64,000 bases of DNA, taken from NCBI GenBank assembly GCA_964591135.1, contig CAZPZU010000016.1:4941-68940 (forward strand), in the 5' to 3' direction. The notes under the pieces are model-generated. The model saw only the letters and a program-made list of their open reading frames with translations. It had not been told where the DNA came from and searched no databases. Below, piece by piece: positions 16,743-25,284 of the stretch. The stretch comes from an uncultured Gemmatimonadaceae bacterium. Its GTDB lineage: Bacteria; Gemmatimonadota; Gemmatimonadetes; Longimicrobiales; Gaopeijiaceae. Position 1 is the stretch's first letter; every line of letters starts with the position of its first letter. Position numbers and translations under genes: made by a program.

Positions 16743-16925
16743 TCAGTGCCGGCCGCGGCGCCCCGTCTTGAAGATCTTCCTGAAGTCGGGAATCGCCGGG
16801 TCGAAGGGCGGCGCCGGCTGTGGTGGCGGCGGGACCTTGGGGGGCTTCGGTGTGCAGGGTGGCTCGGGGAACTTCAGGGGGTGCTTCCGGTCCCGCGGGG
16901 CGTGCTGTCGGTTGCTCTTGGCCAT
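16743..16925 (-). CDS. candidate small proline-rich basic protein (60 aa)
   Basis: MAKSNRQHAPRDRKHPLKFPEPPCTPKPPKVPPPPQPAPPFDPAIPDFRKIFKTGRRGRH. This is the C-terminal part of track ORF 16743..17531. ATG 16925-16923 is preceded by GAGGAGG with a 9-nt spacer. GC3 is about 90%, like real genes here. It lies 50 nt downstream of the beta-barrel gene. Confidence 0.45.
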   Translation of the reverse strand: MAKSNRQHAPRDRKHPLKFPEPPCTPKPPKVPPPPQPAPPFDPAIPDFRKIFKTGRRGRH

Positions 16926-16975
16926 GGATCGATTCCTCCTCACCCATCTTGTACGCCGGGGACGTCGCGAAAGGT

Positions 16976-18181
16976 TCAGAAGAACATCGACAACGCGATG
17001 TACCCCAGCACGGGGATCGAGCCGTACTCGGAGCCCAGTCCGGACCGGGGGTCGGACGTTCCGGCTCCGACGCCCACGAACGCTCCGGCCCGCAGTGAAG
17101 CGGCGGCCGTGAGGGACCACGACAGACCCGGCGCCAACAGCGCACTCCCGTCCCCGAGGTTCATGAGCGCCATCGCGTCCGTGCTCACGAGGGGAGTTGC
17201 CTGCCAGCTCGCCTGGGCCGCGGCGGTCCACCGCCCCAGCACCTGCATCTCTCCGTGTTGGTAGGGCGCCGAAGCGACGACGTCGAGTAGCTTGGAGCTC
17301 CGAGCAGCCCCGAATCCGTCGTACTGCAACTCCACCAGCGCGCGCAGATCGCGGTCGGAGATGGAGAAGAGGCGGTCTCCTCCCACCGCCGCCCGGACCG
17401 TCGCGCTCCCCGAGCCGTCGCGTCTCAGCGCGAAGGCGCCGCGCAGGGCGGTCGCGCCCGCGGCCCCCGTGGCGAACACGGCAGCCGCTCCGTCGTCGTG
17501 GACGACCCCTCCCCACGCCCCGAACGCCCAACCTCCCCGGGAGGTCTGCGCGCGGCCCACGGCGGTCAGCGTGGTCCCGGTGGCCGTCTTCGTCGGCCGC
17601 ACGACGACGTCCATCTCGGTGAACGGTCCGGGGAAGGCCCGAACGCGCACGGCATCCACGCCGCCACGGTACTCACGGAACGGGTCCGAGGGATCGAAGG
17701 GAGCGAACGGGTCCGCCGGGGTCAGGAACAGGGTCGTGGCCCACGAGATGGCCTGGCGCCCGACCACCACCGAGACCGGCCCGGCGTCGACCCCGACGCT
17801 CAGTCGGTCGAATCGGTGGCGCCAGGACGTCCGCTCGGTCGAGCGGATCGGCCAATCCAGGCCCAGCCAGTCGCCCGTCGAACCGATCGCCCCTCCCGGC
17901 GTCGTCACGGCCACGCCGCCCCCGATCGGGGTGCGGGTCATGATGTGCTCATAGGCCGCCTCCACGGACACGGGGCCGTCGTCCCACGTCGGCATCAGAC
18001 GAAACCGCCCGAGGAGTGTCGTCCCCCCGGGGCCGAGATCGCCGGCTCGGGCCTGCGTCCCCACGCCGAGGGCGTAGCCCGAGAGGTCCGGAGACTGGCC
18101 GGCAGCGGGCATTCGGAGGACGCCCAGGCTCCCGAGTGTGATGGCCGCCAGGGCCAGGGTCGTCCCTGGTGAGGATGCCAC
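16976..18181 (-). CDS. outer-membrane beta-barrel protein (porin-like), function unknown
   Basis: 401 aa. Signal peptide MASSPGTTLALAAITLGSLGVLRMPAAGQ. Alternating Gly/aromatic beta-strand pattern. C-terminal ...GYIALSMFF barrel signature. Starts 2 nt after the ABC ATPase stop. Confidence 0.7.
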   Translation of the reverse strand: MASSPGTTLALAAITLGSLGVLRMPAAGQSPDLSGYALGVGTQARAGDLGPGGTTLLGRFRLMPTWDDGPVSVEAAYEHIMTRTPIGGGVAVTTPGGAIGSTGDWLGLDWPIRSTERTSWRHRFDRLSVGVDAGPVSVVVGRQAISWATTLFLTPADPFAPFDPSDPFREYRGGVDAVRVRAFPGPFTEMDVVVRPTKTATGTTLTAVGRAQTSRGGWAFGAWGGVVHDDGAAAVFATGAAGATALRGAFALRRDGSGSATVRAAVGGDRLFSISDRDLRALVELQYDGFGAARSSKLLDVVASAPYQHGEMQVLGRWTAAAQASWQATPLVSTDAMALMNLGDGSALLAPGLSWSLTAAASLRAGAFVGVGAGTSDPRSGLGSEYGSIPVLGYIALSMFF

Positions 18182-18182
18182 C

Positions 18183-18911
18183 TCACCCGTTCCCTGCGTG
18201 CGGATCCTGGCGCTCGTCCCGGTCGATGCGACCGTCTACCAGCCGGATGAGCCGGTGGGCGCGCTCCATGACCCGGGGGTCGTGGGTGGAGAACACGAAG
18301 GTGGTGCCGTGCTCGTGGTTCAGACGCTCCATTACCTCGAGGAGCGCCGCAGAGCTGGCCGAGTCCAGGTTCGCCGTGGGCTCGTCGGCGAGCACCAGGG
18401 CAGGTTGGCCCACCACGGCCCGGGCTACGGCCACCCGCTGCTGCTGGCCCCCGGAGAGCTTGCTCGGGCGTCTGTCCGCGAGTCCCTCGAGACCGATCTC
18501 GTCGAAGAGCGCGCGTACCCGTCGGTGTCGCTCCTCGGCCGGGACGCCGCGGAGGAGGAGTGTGAACTCGGCGTTCTCCATGGCCGTGAGCACGGGAAGG
18601 AGGTTGTACGCCTGGAAGACGAAGCCGATGCGCTCCAGGCGAAGGCGCGCCAGGCGCCGCTCGCTGAGGGCGGTGACCTCCTCCCCGCCGACCCAGACCT
18701 TGCCTCGGGTGGGGCGGGTGAGAGCGCCCAGGATGTTGAGCACGGTGGTCTTGCCCGAGCCCGAGGGGCCGGCCATGGCCACGAAGTCCCCGGGCTCGAT
18801 GTCCAGCGTAAGGCCGCGAACCGCCTCCACCGGGCTGGGCTCCTGGGGGTAGACCTTCCAGACGTCCTCGGTGCGGACCGCGGATCCTGAACCGTTTCCC
18901 TGGCTGCTCAT
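18183..18911 (-). CDS. ABC transporter ATP-binding protein (MacB/LolD-like)
   Basis: ORF trimmed to ATG 18911-18909 (ATGA overlap with the permease gene). Walker A GPSGSGKT, signature LSGGQQQR, Walker B LVLADEPT. Confidence 0.93.
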   Translation of the reverse strand: MSSQGNGSGSAVRTEDVWKVYPQEPSPVEAVRGLTLDIEPGDFVAMAGPSGSGKTTVLNILGALTRPTRGKVWVGGEEVTALSERRLARLRLERIGFVFQAYNLLPVLTAMENAEFTLLLRGVPAEERHRRVRALFDEIGLEGLADRRPSKLSGGQQQRVAVARAVVGQPALVLADEPTANLDSASSAALLEVMERLNHEHGTTFVFSTHDPRVMERAHRLIRLVDGRIDRDERQDPHAGNG

Positions 18912-20170
18912 TGCTCGAACTTCATCGCCTCCGCCACGTCGAGCTTCGACGCGCGCACGGCGGGGTAGAGGGACGCGAGCGTCCCGATGACGAGGATGGA
19001 TGCCACCGACAGCAGCACCTGGTCGTAGCGGAAGACCGGCACGATGACCGGGTCGATGACGCCTCCCGAGGCGCTCATTCCCTCGGACATGAACGCGCTG
19101 AAGTCCAGTCCGTGTCGGAAGAACACCCACGTGAAGACGAAGCCCGCCACCATCCCCAAGAGCCCGGAGGCGGCGGTGAGGAACAAGCCCTCTCCCAGGA
19201 CGACGAGCCCGGTCTCGCCGCCGGTGAGCCCGAGCGCCTGCAGGATGCCGAACTCCCTCTTTCGCCCCAGGACCGACATCATCACGGCGTTCAGGACAGC
19301 CAGGGCGATGATCGCGAAGAGGATCGTGTGGAAGAGGTAGTCGCCGTAGTCGTCGATGCGGACCGCGGAGTCCATCTCCGGGGAAGCCTGGCGCCACCCC
19401 ATGACGCGGACCCCGCGGGCTCCGTCCAGCTCCTGCCGCAGGATGCTCACGGTGGCCTCGGTCTCTCGCGAGCTGTCCAGGAGCACGGCGATCGTCGTGA
19501 CCGCGCCCGGCACGCCCAGCCATCGGCGCATGGTCTCCAGGGGCACGTGGACGAGACCCTCGTCCATCTCCTGGATCCCCGTGTGGAAGATGCCCGCCAC
19601 CCGCATCATCTGCCCTTCGACCTGGCCCGACGCGACCTGGGCAGTGAGCACGAAGCGACCCCCGACCTTCAGGTCCAACCGGCGTGCGAGCTCCTCGCCC
19701 ACGAAGGCGTGCAGGCGGTCACCCGGCTCCAGGTATCGACCTTCGACGAGCTGATCGGGGAGGGTGGAGAAGACGCGCTCCCGGGCCGGGTCCACCCCCT
19801 CGATTCGCACGGGGAGCGCCGAGGATGCCGAGCTGGCCAGCCCGCTCACGGTGAGCCGGGGCACCCACGTGCGGACGGTGCCGGCCACCGCCGTGTCCTC
19901 CAGCGCCCGGACGACGCGGCGCACCTGTGTCGAGTCGAGACGGTGCTCCAACCGTCCGGTCTCCAGGTATTCGGGAGCCTGGATGGCCACGTGACCCGTC
20001 CCGAGGCGCACGGCCGAGTCGATCCACTGCTCGTGTCCCCCTTCCGCGATCGAGCGGGAGAAGATCAGGAGCGCCAGTCCGAGCGCCATGGCCGTGGCCG
20101 TCAGGATGCTGCGACGCGTGTTGCGCCCGACGCTGCGGAAGGACAGGAGGAGGAGGGCGTAGAGCTTCAT
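18908..20170 (-). CDS. ABC transporter permease, FtsX/MacB type
   Basis: ORF trimmed to ATG 20170-20168 (MKLYALLLLSFRSVGRNTRRSILTATAMALG...). N-terminal TM, periplasmic domain and a C-terminal FtsX 3-TM bundle. ATGA overlaps on both sides. Confidence 0.88.
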   Translation of the reverse strand: MKLYALLLLSFRSVGRNTRRSILTATAMALGLALLIFSRSIAEGGHEQWIDSAVRLGTGHVAIQAPEYLETGRLEHRLDSTQVRRVVRALEDTAVAGTVRTWVPRLTVSGLASSASSALPVRIEGVDPARERVFSTLPDQLVEGRYLEPGDRLHAFVGEELARRLDLKVGGRFVLTAQVASGQVEGQMMRVAGIFHTGIQEMDEGLVHVPLETMRRWLGVPGAVTTIAVLLDSSRETEATVSILRQELDGARGVRVMGWRQASPEMDSAVRIDDYGDYLFHTILFAIIALAVLNAVMMSVLGRKREFGILQALGLTGGETGLVVLGEGLFLTAASGLLGMVAGFVFTWVFFRHGLDFSAFMSEGMSASGGVIDPVIVPVFRYDQVLLSVASILVIGTLASLYPAVRASKLDVAEAMKFEQ

Positions 20171-21432
20171 CGGTCGGCCAGGGCGTCGGCCGGGGGTACC
20201 CGGGTGGCCTTCCAGGCGGGGTAGATCGCCGCGAACACCGAGGTGAGGAAGAGCGCCGCCGCGCTGATCAGCGGCGTCTCCGTCGAGTACTCCACCCTGA
20301 GGATGGGCCGCCACTGCGCGCCGCTCCAGGAGAAGCTGCCCACGAACCAGCTCAGGTCGGGAGGCGCGGTGTGCCACCACCACATCACGGGCGCGGTGAT
20401 CAAGGCCCCGGCCGCCAGCGCCAGCGCCCCCAGCATGATCCCTTCGTAGACGACCGTCCGTCCCACGCCGGTGGCGGTCGAGCCCAGTGCCCGCACCACG
20501 GCGAACTCCTTCTTCCGCTCGAAGGTGCCGATGATCATCGTGTTCGCCACCCCGAAGACAGCCATGCCGAAGATGATGATGACGATGAGGAAGTTCATGG
20601 AGTCCATGAGGTCCACGGACTGGGCGAGCTCGGGACGGAGCTGCCGCCAGGAGCGCACGGCCAACGGCGGGCCGCTCCCCTGGAGTCGGCGCGCGAGGTC
20701 GGTGGCGATGGCGTCCGTGTCCCAGGGGCGCGTCACGTCCAGGGCGACCTCGTGGATGCGGCCCGGCGCCATGGCCAGGAGGAGCTGGAGGTCGGGCAGC
20801 GGTATGACGGCGTAGGACGCGTCGATGGCCGGCGTCCCGGTGTGGAAGATCCCGGTGAGCGTGTAGAGGTCGTTGCCGAGGGACCCGTCGGCGGCGGGAG
20901 CGACGAGGATGACCTCGTCGCCCAGCCCGAGCTGCAGCTGGCGGGCCATCTCCGAGCCCACCGCGACCTCGTGCGCCCCGGCGCGGGGAGTCCTCCCGCC
21001 GTCCATCGTCGACAGCAGCGTCGTCACCCTCGGCTCGCGCTCCGGGTCGATGCCCAGGAGCAGGCCCGCCTCGGTACGCTCACCGGCGGAGACCAGCCCC
21101 CCCCCGTAGAGGCGGGGCGCCGAGGCCATCACGTCCGGGTCGGCGTCGATGCGGGCCAGAAGCGCGGCGACGTCGGTCCCGGCGTCACCGCCGATGGTCG
21201 CGTGCATGCTCCGCTCGGGGAGGTAGTCCGGCGCATGGATCTGGATCTGGCCGCTCAGCAGCCGCGTGCCGTTCTCGACGAGCTCCGCGCTCATCCCGTC
21301 CGTGAGGCCCACCATGACCACCGCCGACAGGTAGCCCAACGCCAGCGCCGAGGCGGTCACCAGTGTGCGTCCGCGGTTCCGCCACAGGTTGCGCCAGGCG
21401 ACGCGCCACCAGACGGCGTCGCGGTCGGTCAC
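20167..21432 (-). CDS. ABC transporter permease, FtsX/MacB type (second copy)
   Basis: 421 aa. WRNLWRNRGRTLVTASALALG start, with the same TM-periplasmic-FtsX layout as its neighbour. Confidence 0.88.
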   Translation of the reverse strand: MTDRDAVWWRVAWRNLWRNRGRTLVTASALALGYLSAVVMVGLTDGMSAELVENGTRLLSGQIQIHAPDYLPERSMHATIGGDAGTDVAALLARIDADPDVMASAPRLYGGGLVSAGERTEAGLLLGIDPEREPRVTTLLSTMDGGRTPRAGAHEVAVGSEMARQLQLGLGDEVILVAPAADGSLGNDLYTLTGIFHTGTPAIDASYAVIPLPDLQLLLAMAPGRIHEVALDVTRPWDTDAIATDLARRLQGSGPPLAVRSWRQLRPELAQSVDLMDSMNFLIVIIIFGMAVFGVANTMIIGTFERKKEFAVVRALGSTATGVGRTVVYEGIMLGALALAAGALITAPVMWWWHTAPPDLSWFVGSFSWSGAQWRPILRVEYSTETPLISAAALFLTSVFAAIYPAWKATRVPPADALADR

Positions 21433-21433
21433 G

Positions 21434-22234
21434 TCACCGGCTCCGGGCCCGCAGGTTGCGCAGGCTGAAGAAGTCCGGGGTGAGGCCCACGTCGAACTCG
21501 AGCTCGTGGTAGATGAGCGCCGTGCTCTCGTCGGGCTTGTCGGTCGGGACCACGCGCATCTCTGCCGGCACGAGGCGCCCGCCCATGCGCTTGTAGTCCG
21601 AGAAGGTCATCGTGCGCACGAGGGTGCCGTCCTCGTCGTAGTAGTGCACCCACGTGGGCATCAGGTCGGCCTTGCGGACCTGCTCCTCGATACGTCCCCA
21701 CACCACCGGAGCCTCGGGCTTCGGGGTGAGCGTGAACTCCCAGACGGGTACGCCGTCCCGCTCGCCATCGAAGGCGATCTCGATGTCGTAGTCGTCGACG
21801 ATGCGGCTCTCCTTGACCAGGTCGTCGTTCGTGAAGTGCGAGCCCATCCAGGACCCCATCATCAGCGAGGGGGGCACCTTGATCGTCCGATCGACGCGCG
21901 GAAGGTAGTTCCAGACCTCCTGACCGGCCTTGAGGGTGGCCGTGCCCGCCTCGCGGGGCGGCGCGGTGACGCGTACCAGCGAGTACTCCGTCCCGAGCGA
22001 CCAGACCTCCATCTCCAGGCTCCGGGACCAGTGCTCGGTCTTGATGCGCATCTCCACCTTCCCGTGGCTGGACGCACCCCGCAGGAGACGGTCCACCCGA
22101 TCGATGATCTCGCGGGCCGTCTGGGCCTGGAGAGGTGCCGCGAAGGTGAGCCCGGCCAGGACGGCGGGAAGGGCGGCACGGGCAAGGCGCCGCAGAGCGG
22201 CGCGGGGAATCGGGTAGAGGGGGAAGTCGGTCAC
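21434..22234 (-). CDS. LolA-like outer-membrane lipoprotein-sorting / carrier family protein
   Basis: 266 aa. Signal peptide ...LAGLTFAAPLQAQ. Motifs recalled from LolA-like proteins found with FtsX transporters (TAREIIDRVDRLLRG, EMEVWS, TLKAGQEVWNYLPRVDRTIKVP). Start overlaps the TetR stop (ATGA). Confidence 0.78.
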   Translation of the reverse strand: MTDFPLYPIPRAALRRLARAALPAVLAGLTFAAPLQAQTAREIIDRVDRLLRGASSHGKVEMRIKTEHWSRSLEMEVWSLGTEYSLVRVTAPPREAGTATLKAGQEVWNYLPRVDRTIKVPPSLMMGSWMGSHFTNDDLVKESRIVDDYDIEIAFDGERDGVPVWEFTLTPKPEAPVVWGRIEEQVRKADLMPTWVHYYDEDGTLVRTMTFSDYKRMGGRLVPAEMRVVPTDKPDESTALIYHELEFDVGLTPDFFSLRNLRARSR

Positions 22235-22803
22235 GCGGGGTCCTCGGTGTCCTGAGCCGCGACGAGCAGCTCGGTGAATCGGTACCAGGCGCGGTCGAGC
22301 AGCTCGTGATCGCCCATGGCGAGATGGTGGAGCGCCAGCCCGTCGAGCATGACCTCGACCATGCGCGAAGCGACCTCCGGGTCCTCCCCGGTCGCCAGGG
22401 TGGGGGCCAGGGCTTCGACCGTTCGGCGGTGCATCTCGAACGCTCCCCGGGAGAGCCTCTCCCGGAAACGGGGGTCGAACATCCCCTTGATGAAGAACAC
22501 GAAGTAGGCGTGGAGAAAGTGCTCGTTGTCCACCAGTGTCCGCATCTCGCGGGCGAACGCGTCGAGGCGTCCGGAAAGGGAGACCTCGCCCTCCGCCACG
22601 TCCTCCACCATCTCGAAGAAGATCTCCTCGAGGGCGGCGAGGGGAATCTCGTCGAGGGAGTCGAAGTGGTGGAACAACGTCGCCTTGCTCATCCCCACTT
22701 CGCGGGCGAGCGCGGAAGCGGTGAAGCGGTCTGGGCCCTCGCGCCCCATGAGGCGCACGGCCGCATGGAGGATGCGGGTACGGGTCGTCGGCTCGACGTC
22801 CAT
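22231..22803 (-). CDS. TetR/AcrR-family transcriptional regulator
   Basis: ORF 22231..23421 trimmed to ATG 22803-22801. N-terminal HTH TRTRILHAAVRLMGREGPDRFTASALAREVGMSKATLFHHF. Confidence 0.9.
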   Translation of the reverse strand: MDVEPTTRTRILHAAVRLMGREGPDRFTASALAREVGMSKATLFHHFDSLDEIPLAALEEIFFEMVEDVAEGEVSLSGRLDAFAREMRTLVDNEHFLHAYFVFFIKGMFDPRFRERLSRGAFEMHRRTVEALAPTLATGEDPEVASRMVEVMLDGLALHHLAMGDHELLDRAWYRFTELLVAAQDTEDPA

Positions 22804-22818
22804 GCCGCGAAGCCTAGC

Positions 22819-22840
22819 GTTGACCGACCGGTCGGTCAAC
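22819..22840. promoter_or_regulatory. perfect 22-bp palindrome, probable TetR operator
   Basis: GTTGACCGACCGGTCGGTCAAC equals its own reverse complement. It lies 16 bp upstream of the TetR ATG, in the 139-bp divergent intergenic region shared with the 22943 gene. Confidence 0.6.
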
Positions 22841-22942
22841 CCGCGCGCAACCCCTTGTATCGTCAAGCATCTTCCGCTCTTGTTCTTGGTCTTCACGAGG
22901 ATCACCCGAGCATCACGCGGTTTCTCCGCTTCGGCTGCTAGC

Positions 22943-23605
22943 ATGTCTTCTCGAACTCTCCGGCCGTGGGTCACGGCCGTGGCCCTCCTCCTCGCGGCTT
23001 CCCCCCTCGACGCGCAGGAGCTCTCCCTCCTCTTCGTTCGCGCCTCCTCCCCGAACGCGGAGCTGCCCGCGCCCACGGGGTTCGAGCTCGCGGGCCGCGT
23101 CGAGTCCCGGGGCTGGGTCCTCGGACTCGGCTTCGCCCGGTATTCCGAGGAGACCATGAAGACCGGGGTCGTCTGCCGGGTGTACTCCCCACGGATCGAC
23201 TGCGGGTCGGAGCAGGTCAACACCAACACCGCCCTCGGCGGGCTGCGGCTCGAGGTGATGCGGGACATCTCGGTGGGCGACGTCGCGCGCCTGGGTGCGG
23301 GGGGAGGCGTGAGCTTCAACTCCGTCTGGGCGAGTGCGGACGGCGTCTCGGGGCGGCGTGCCGACCTGCAACTCCCCAACGACGGGCAGCTCGGGTACCT
23401 GGGTCGGCTCTCGGTGGACATCGCCCCGGTGCCCTCCCTTCCGCTGCGGGTGGAGGGTAGCTACGCGGTGCATTGGGTCCGTTTTCGCGGCTGCGCGGAC
23501 TCGGCGGACCCGACCAGCGGCTACGCGCCGTTCTGTGGCAACGAGCGCTTCCAGGAGCTCGCCGTGGGGCTGTCCTGGGACCTGTCCGGGCTGAGAGGGC
23601 GCTGA
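22943..23605 (+). CDS. secreted / outer-membrane protein with 4 conserved Cys, unknown family (paralogue 1)
   Basis: Track ORF 22526..23605 trimmed to ATG 22943. Signal peptide MSSRTLRPWVTAVALLLAASPLDAQ. Beta-rich. About 50% identical to the next gene. Confidence 0.7.
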   Translation: MSSRTLRPWVTAVALLLAASPLDAQELSLLFVRASSPNAELPAPTGFELAGRVESRGWVLGLGFARYSEETMKTGVVCRVYSPRIDCGSEQVNTNTALGGLRLEVMRDISVGDVARLGAGGGVSFNSVWASADGVSGRRADLQLPNDGQLGYLGRLSVDIAPVPSLPLRVEGSYAVHWVRFRGCADSADPTSGYAPFCGNERFQELAVGLSWDLSGLRGR

Positions 23606-23615
23606 GGCCCGGATC

Positions 23616-24299
23616 GTGGCGGGCCGGAGCGTTCCCGGGACGCGCCTCCTGGCGTTGTTGGGTGCGTCCGGCCTGGTCATCCAGGCTCTGTCGCTCGCGC
23701 CCCGGGTGTCGGCCCAGGAGGTGTCGGCGTTGCTCGTGCGTGCCTCGTCGGCCAACGCGTTGCTGCCGCACCCGGAGGGGTTCGGACTCGCCGGGGAGGT
23801 ATCGGCCGGCGATTGGCTCTTTGGGCTCGACGTCGTGCGCCACGCCGAGGAGACCCGGAATCCGGGCCGTGTCTGCCGGGCGCCGGGGATCGCGTGCGGC
23901 GTGGAGGAGGTGACGACTTCCGCATCGCTCACGGGTCTGCGTGCCGCCCTGTCGAGGGCGTTCCGCCTCGGCCCGGTGCTTCGGCTTTCGGCGGGCGCGG
24001 GCGTGAGCTTCGGCGCGGTGTCCGTGACCGCGACGGGGAGCTCGGGGCGGCCGGCGTTTCTGTACGTGCCCAACGACGGGCAGCTGGGCTGGCTCGGTCG
24101 GGTGTCGATGGAGATTGCGCCGGTCCCGGGATTCCCCCTGCGCCTCGTGGGCACGTACGCGGCGCATTGGATGGCGTTCCGGGGATGCGCGGACCCGGCG
24201 GACCCGACCAGCGGCGATGCGTTCTTCTGCGGAAACGACGTGTTTCAGGAGCTGATGGTGGGCGTGGGCTGGGACCTGGCGGGCGTCAGGGGCGGCTGA
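23616..24299 (+). CDS. secreted / outer-membrane protein with 4 conserved Cys, unknown family (paralogue 2)
   Basis: 227 aa with a signal peptide. Shares blocks with paralogue 1: VRASS.NA.LP, PNDGQLG(Y/W)LGR, IAPVP..PLR, FRGCAD.ADPTSG, FCGN..FQEL. Confidence 0.7.
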   Translation: MAGRSVPGTRLLALLGASGLVIQALSLAPRVSAQEVSALLVRASSANALLPHPEGFGLAGEVSAGDWLFGLDVVRHAEETRNPGRVCRAPGIACGVEEVTTSASLTGLRAALSRAFRLGPVLRLSAGAGVSFGAVSVTATGSSGRPAFLYVPNDGQLGWLGRVSMEIAPVPGFPLRLVGTYAAHWMAFRGCADPADPTSGDAFFCGNDVFQELMVGVGWDLAGVRGG

Positions 24300-25011
24300 G
24301 CCCCCGATGGTCTTCCCAAGGCGGGCTCGACGCGACCGCGAGGTCCATCGCGCGACTCAGCGACGGGCCCGCGAAGCCGCGCCGCGCCAGATACCCCCTC
24401 AGACGCCTCCGCGCCTTCTCCCGTGCCGGCGAGTGCCGGGGCGAGGCCAGGGCCTGGAGTGTGCTCGCGCCCTGACGGCGGATCCACCCCTCGACCACCC
24501 GTCGGGCGAGGTCGGCCTCCGTGACCTCCTCGTCGTCCAGGACGGCCTGGACGACACGGTCGGCGTCCACGGGGGCCACGCCCCTGGCGCGAAGCTCCTG
24601 CGCGAGGCGGATCTTCCCACGCGGGCGGTGGCGCAGGCGATCCCGGACGAACGCGGCGGCGACGGCTTCATCGTCCAGGAGACCGCGCGCCTCCAGCCGG
24701 TCGAGACAGGGCTCGACGCGGGCCGGCCGGAAGCCCTTGCCCACGAGCTTGCGGCGTAGCTCGGCGCGCGTTCGCGCACGGTACGACAGGAGATGCAGCG
24801 CAGCGTCGCGCACCCGGATCTCGGCGTCGGCGTCGAGAAGGTGGTGGCGTCGGTTGGCGGGAAACGCGTCCCCTGCGCCGAGCCCAAGCCGCTCGAGCGC
24901 CTCGAGGGCCACCTCGAGTGGCTCGCCGTGATCGAGGTGCAGGCGGACGCGGAGGCCGTGCGGTCGCAGAGGCTCCACGCGCAGGATGGTGGGGTGGGAG
25001 CGGGAGGCCAT
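24286..25011 (-). CDS. recX: RecX-family regulatory protein
   Basis: 241 aa. Repeated three-helix RecX pattern (ALHLLSYRARTRAELRRKLVGKGF, LDRLEARGLLDDEAVAAAFVRDR, IRLAQELRARGV). Confidence 0.82.
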   Translation of the reverse strand: MASRSHPTILRVEPLRPHGLRVRLHLDHGEPLEVALEALERLGLGAGDAFPANRRHHLLDADAEIRVRDAALHLLSYRARTRAELRRKLVGKGFRPARVEPCLDRLEARGLLDDEAVAAAFVRDRLRHRPRGKIRLAQELRARGVAPVDADRVVQAVLDDEEVTEADLARRVVEGWIRRQGASTLQALASPRHSPAREKARRRLRGYLARRGFAGPSLSRAMDLAVASSPPWEDHRGLSRP

Positions 25012-25014
25012 GGG

Positions 25015-25284
25015 TCATTCGCCCTTCTGGACGTACCAACGCCCGTCCAGGAGGTCGCGATACAGCGTGACGGGGCGCCCGTCGTCCAGGACCACGGCCA
25101 GATAGACCCGGGAGATGGAGCTGCGCCACCATTCGTCGTCGATGCGCCAGCGTTCCCGCACGGCCTCCACACGTCGCGCGGTCCTGCCCGAGAGGCGGAC
25201 GTGCGTGGGCTCGCCCGCTTCATCGGTGCGGACGTCGACGGGGCGGGGCCGTCCCAACGGGCGCAGGCGTGGGTCGTCGCTCAC
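25015..25284 (-). CDS. small conserved hypothetical protein coupled to the Y-family polymerase gene
   Basis: 89 aa. Its ATG overlaps the polymerase stop (ATGA 25281-25284). High GC3. The W-rich core RERWRIDDEWWR recalls small proteins seen next to ImuB-like genes in other high-GC phyla. This is from memory and was not verified. Confidence 0.7.
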   Translation of the reverse strand: MSDDPRLRPLGRPRPVDVRTDEAGEPTHVRLSGRTARRVEAVRERWRIDDEWWRSSISRVYLAVVLDDGRPVTLYRDLLDGRWYVQKGE

